Assembly (NCBI GenBank): GCA_040285855.1
Contig: JAUFOQ010000006.1
Span: 248,001-312,000 of the forward strand
Direction: 5' to 3'
Origin: Eukaryota sp. GEM-RC1
Lineage: Eukaryota
Length of the DNA stretch: 64,000 nucleotides
This document shows, piece by piece, positions 62,918 through 64,000 of this stretch. The notes under the pieces were generated by a model. The model had not been told where the DNA came from, did no database searches, and worked only from the letters and a program-made list of their open reading frames with translations. A program made the position numbers and the translations under genes. The stretch's first letter is position 1, and every line of letters starts with the position of its first letter.

Positions 62918-64000
62918 GTACATCCGTTTTGGTTCATCTTTTTTGAGAGGTAAAGCTAGCTAACGGGACCCACACACTTGGTTGGATCCATCAGAGCTCT
63001 TTTCTGCTTTACCACGGATGAAAGACAACTTCGTAGGTTAGCTATTACCATTGGCTCTGCCACTGAATGTGTCTATTTTACTAACTGAAGATACAGGAAC
63101 TCCACACTGAAGAACTGCTGAAGCTGCAATTTGGATACTCAATGCGTCTTGTTCATGGCTTTGTTAGTGCATGTAATGGATTTTTTTCGGGGTATTCGTG
63201 TAGCGGTATAAGGGGAACTCAGAGAATCGGTATAGACGAATGTAGTTATTCAGTGTTTCCTGTATTGCTCCAAGAAAAACGTTTGTTTGATCCTGGCATC
63301 GTTCTCTCAATTAGTCTAGGAGCGTCTGTGGTTGGTCTCATAGGGGTGAAACCCTACGATAAGTAATGATGAGTTATACGTAACGCTCGAGTTATGTATT
63401 TTATATGAAATATACAGATTCAACACACAAATAGAAATCTTACCGAAAAACTGAGAATTTGAAAGTATGTATAACATACTCAGACCATAGTAAGACTAAA
63501 ACCAAATGTGTTGGTCTAAGTATATCTGGTATTAAATTTCGTTTTTCGACATTAACCGTGCCACAAACTTCTCAACTAATGGAGAGAAATAAAGAGCAAA
63601 CTCTGCATTTGTGTGATTAATGGAAAACACAATACAGTTTTTCCATCCATACATTCTCAACTTACGCTTCGTTTTTTTGACAACGCATTTATGACCTTGA
63701 AAAATTGATCATATGCGGTTCTGATCGAGCCGAAAAGAGAAAAGAGAATATGATTGGTCATTTAATTCTTCTACCTAAGAGTCGAACTTATAATGCTTCA
63801 GTTTTCCTGTAACTGTTGGACAGATTAAACGAAGAATCAAATAACATACTGACACGAGACTTGTTACAAACATCAGCTGTAGAAAAGTTTATTAATGATT
63901 GACTAGATGTAGCAAAGTATGAAAATTCCTATTTTTATCTGAAATATTTTTGCTGATTCTATTTGGGAAGATTTTATGATTACAGTAAGATAATCTTACT

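Overview
Gene-dense, AT-rich nuclear DNA from a microbial eukaryote using the standard genetic code (TAA, TAG and TGA all end genes). Introns are few and very short (31-33 nt, GTTTGT...CTTAG). A metamonad-like protist is plausible, but that is inference. About 20 protein genes can be read: a DnaJ protein, a MAP70-like coiled coil, POP1, three small secreted saposin-like paralogues, an Atg18/WIPI, REV1, an SLC12 cotransporter, AIP1/WDR1, a Ser/Thr kinase with a degenerate histidine-kinase-like ATPase tail, a stand-alone EXD2-type HNH-like protein, a large BEACH protein, a glucosamine-6-P deaminase/GlcN-6-P acetyltransferase fusion, a B-box membrane protein, RPT6, a KANSL2/INO80D-type zinc finger, LSM14, a tyrosine phosphatase and a ~9.2 kb surface-protein gene. 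There is also an initiator-type tRNA-Met. Most long genes are broken by single-base indels, mostly in homopolymers and in both directions, which is most simply long-read sequencing error. Intergenic DNA holds at least six unrelated non-autonomous hAT-like element families (four intact with 8-bp TSDs), fragments of an RLE-type non-LTR retrotransposon (one abutting the tRNA), and an unexplained dispersed repeat. The strongest leads are the NagB-GNA1 fusion, the 10-Cys saposin/countin-like family, the kinase-HATPase fusion, the MAP70-like gene, the intron signature and the shared end architecture of the hAT elements. All family calls rest on recalled motifs; no searches were run.
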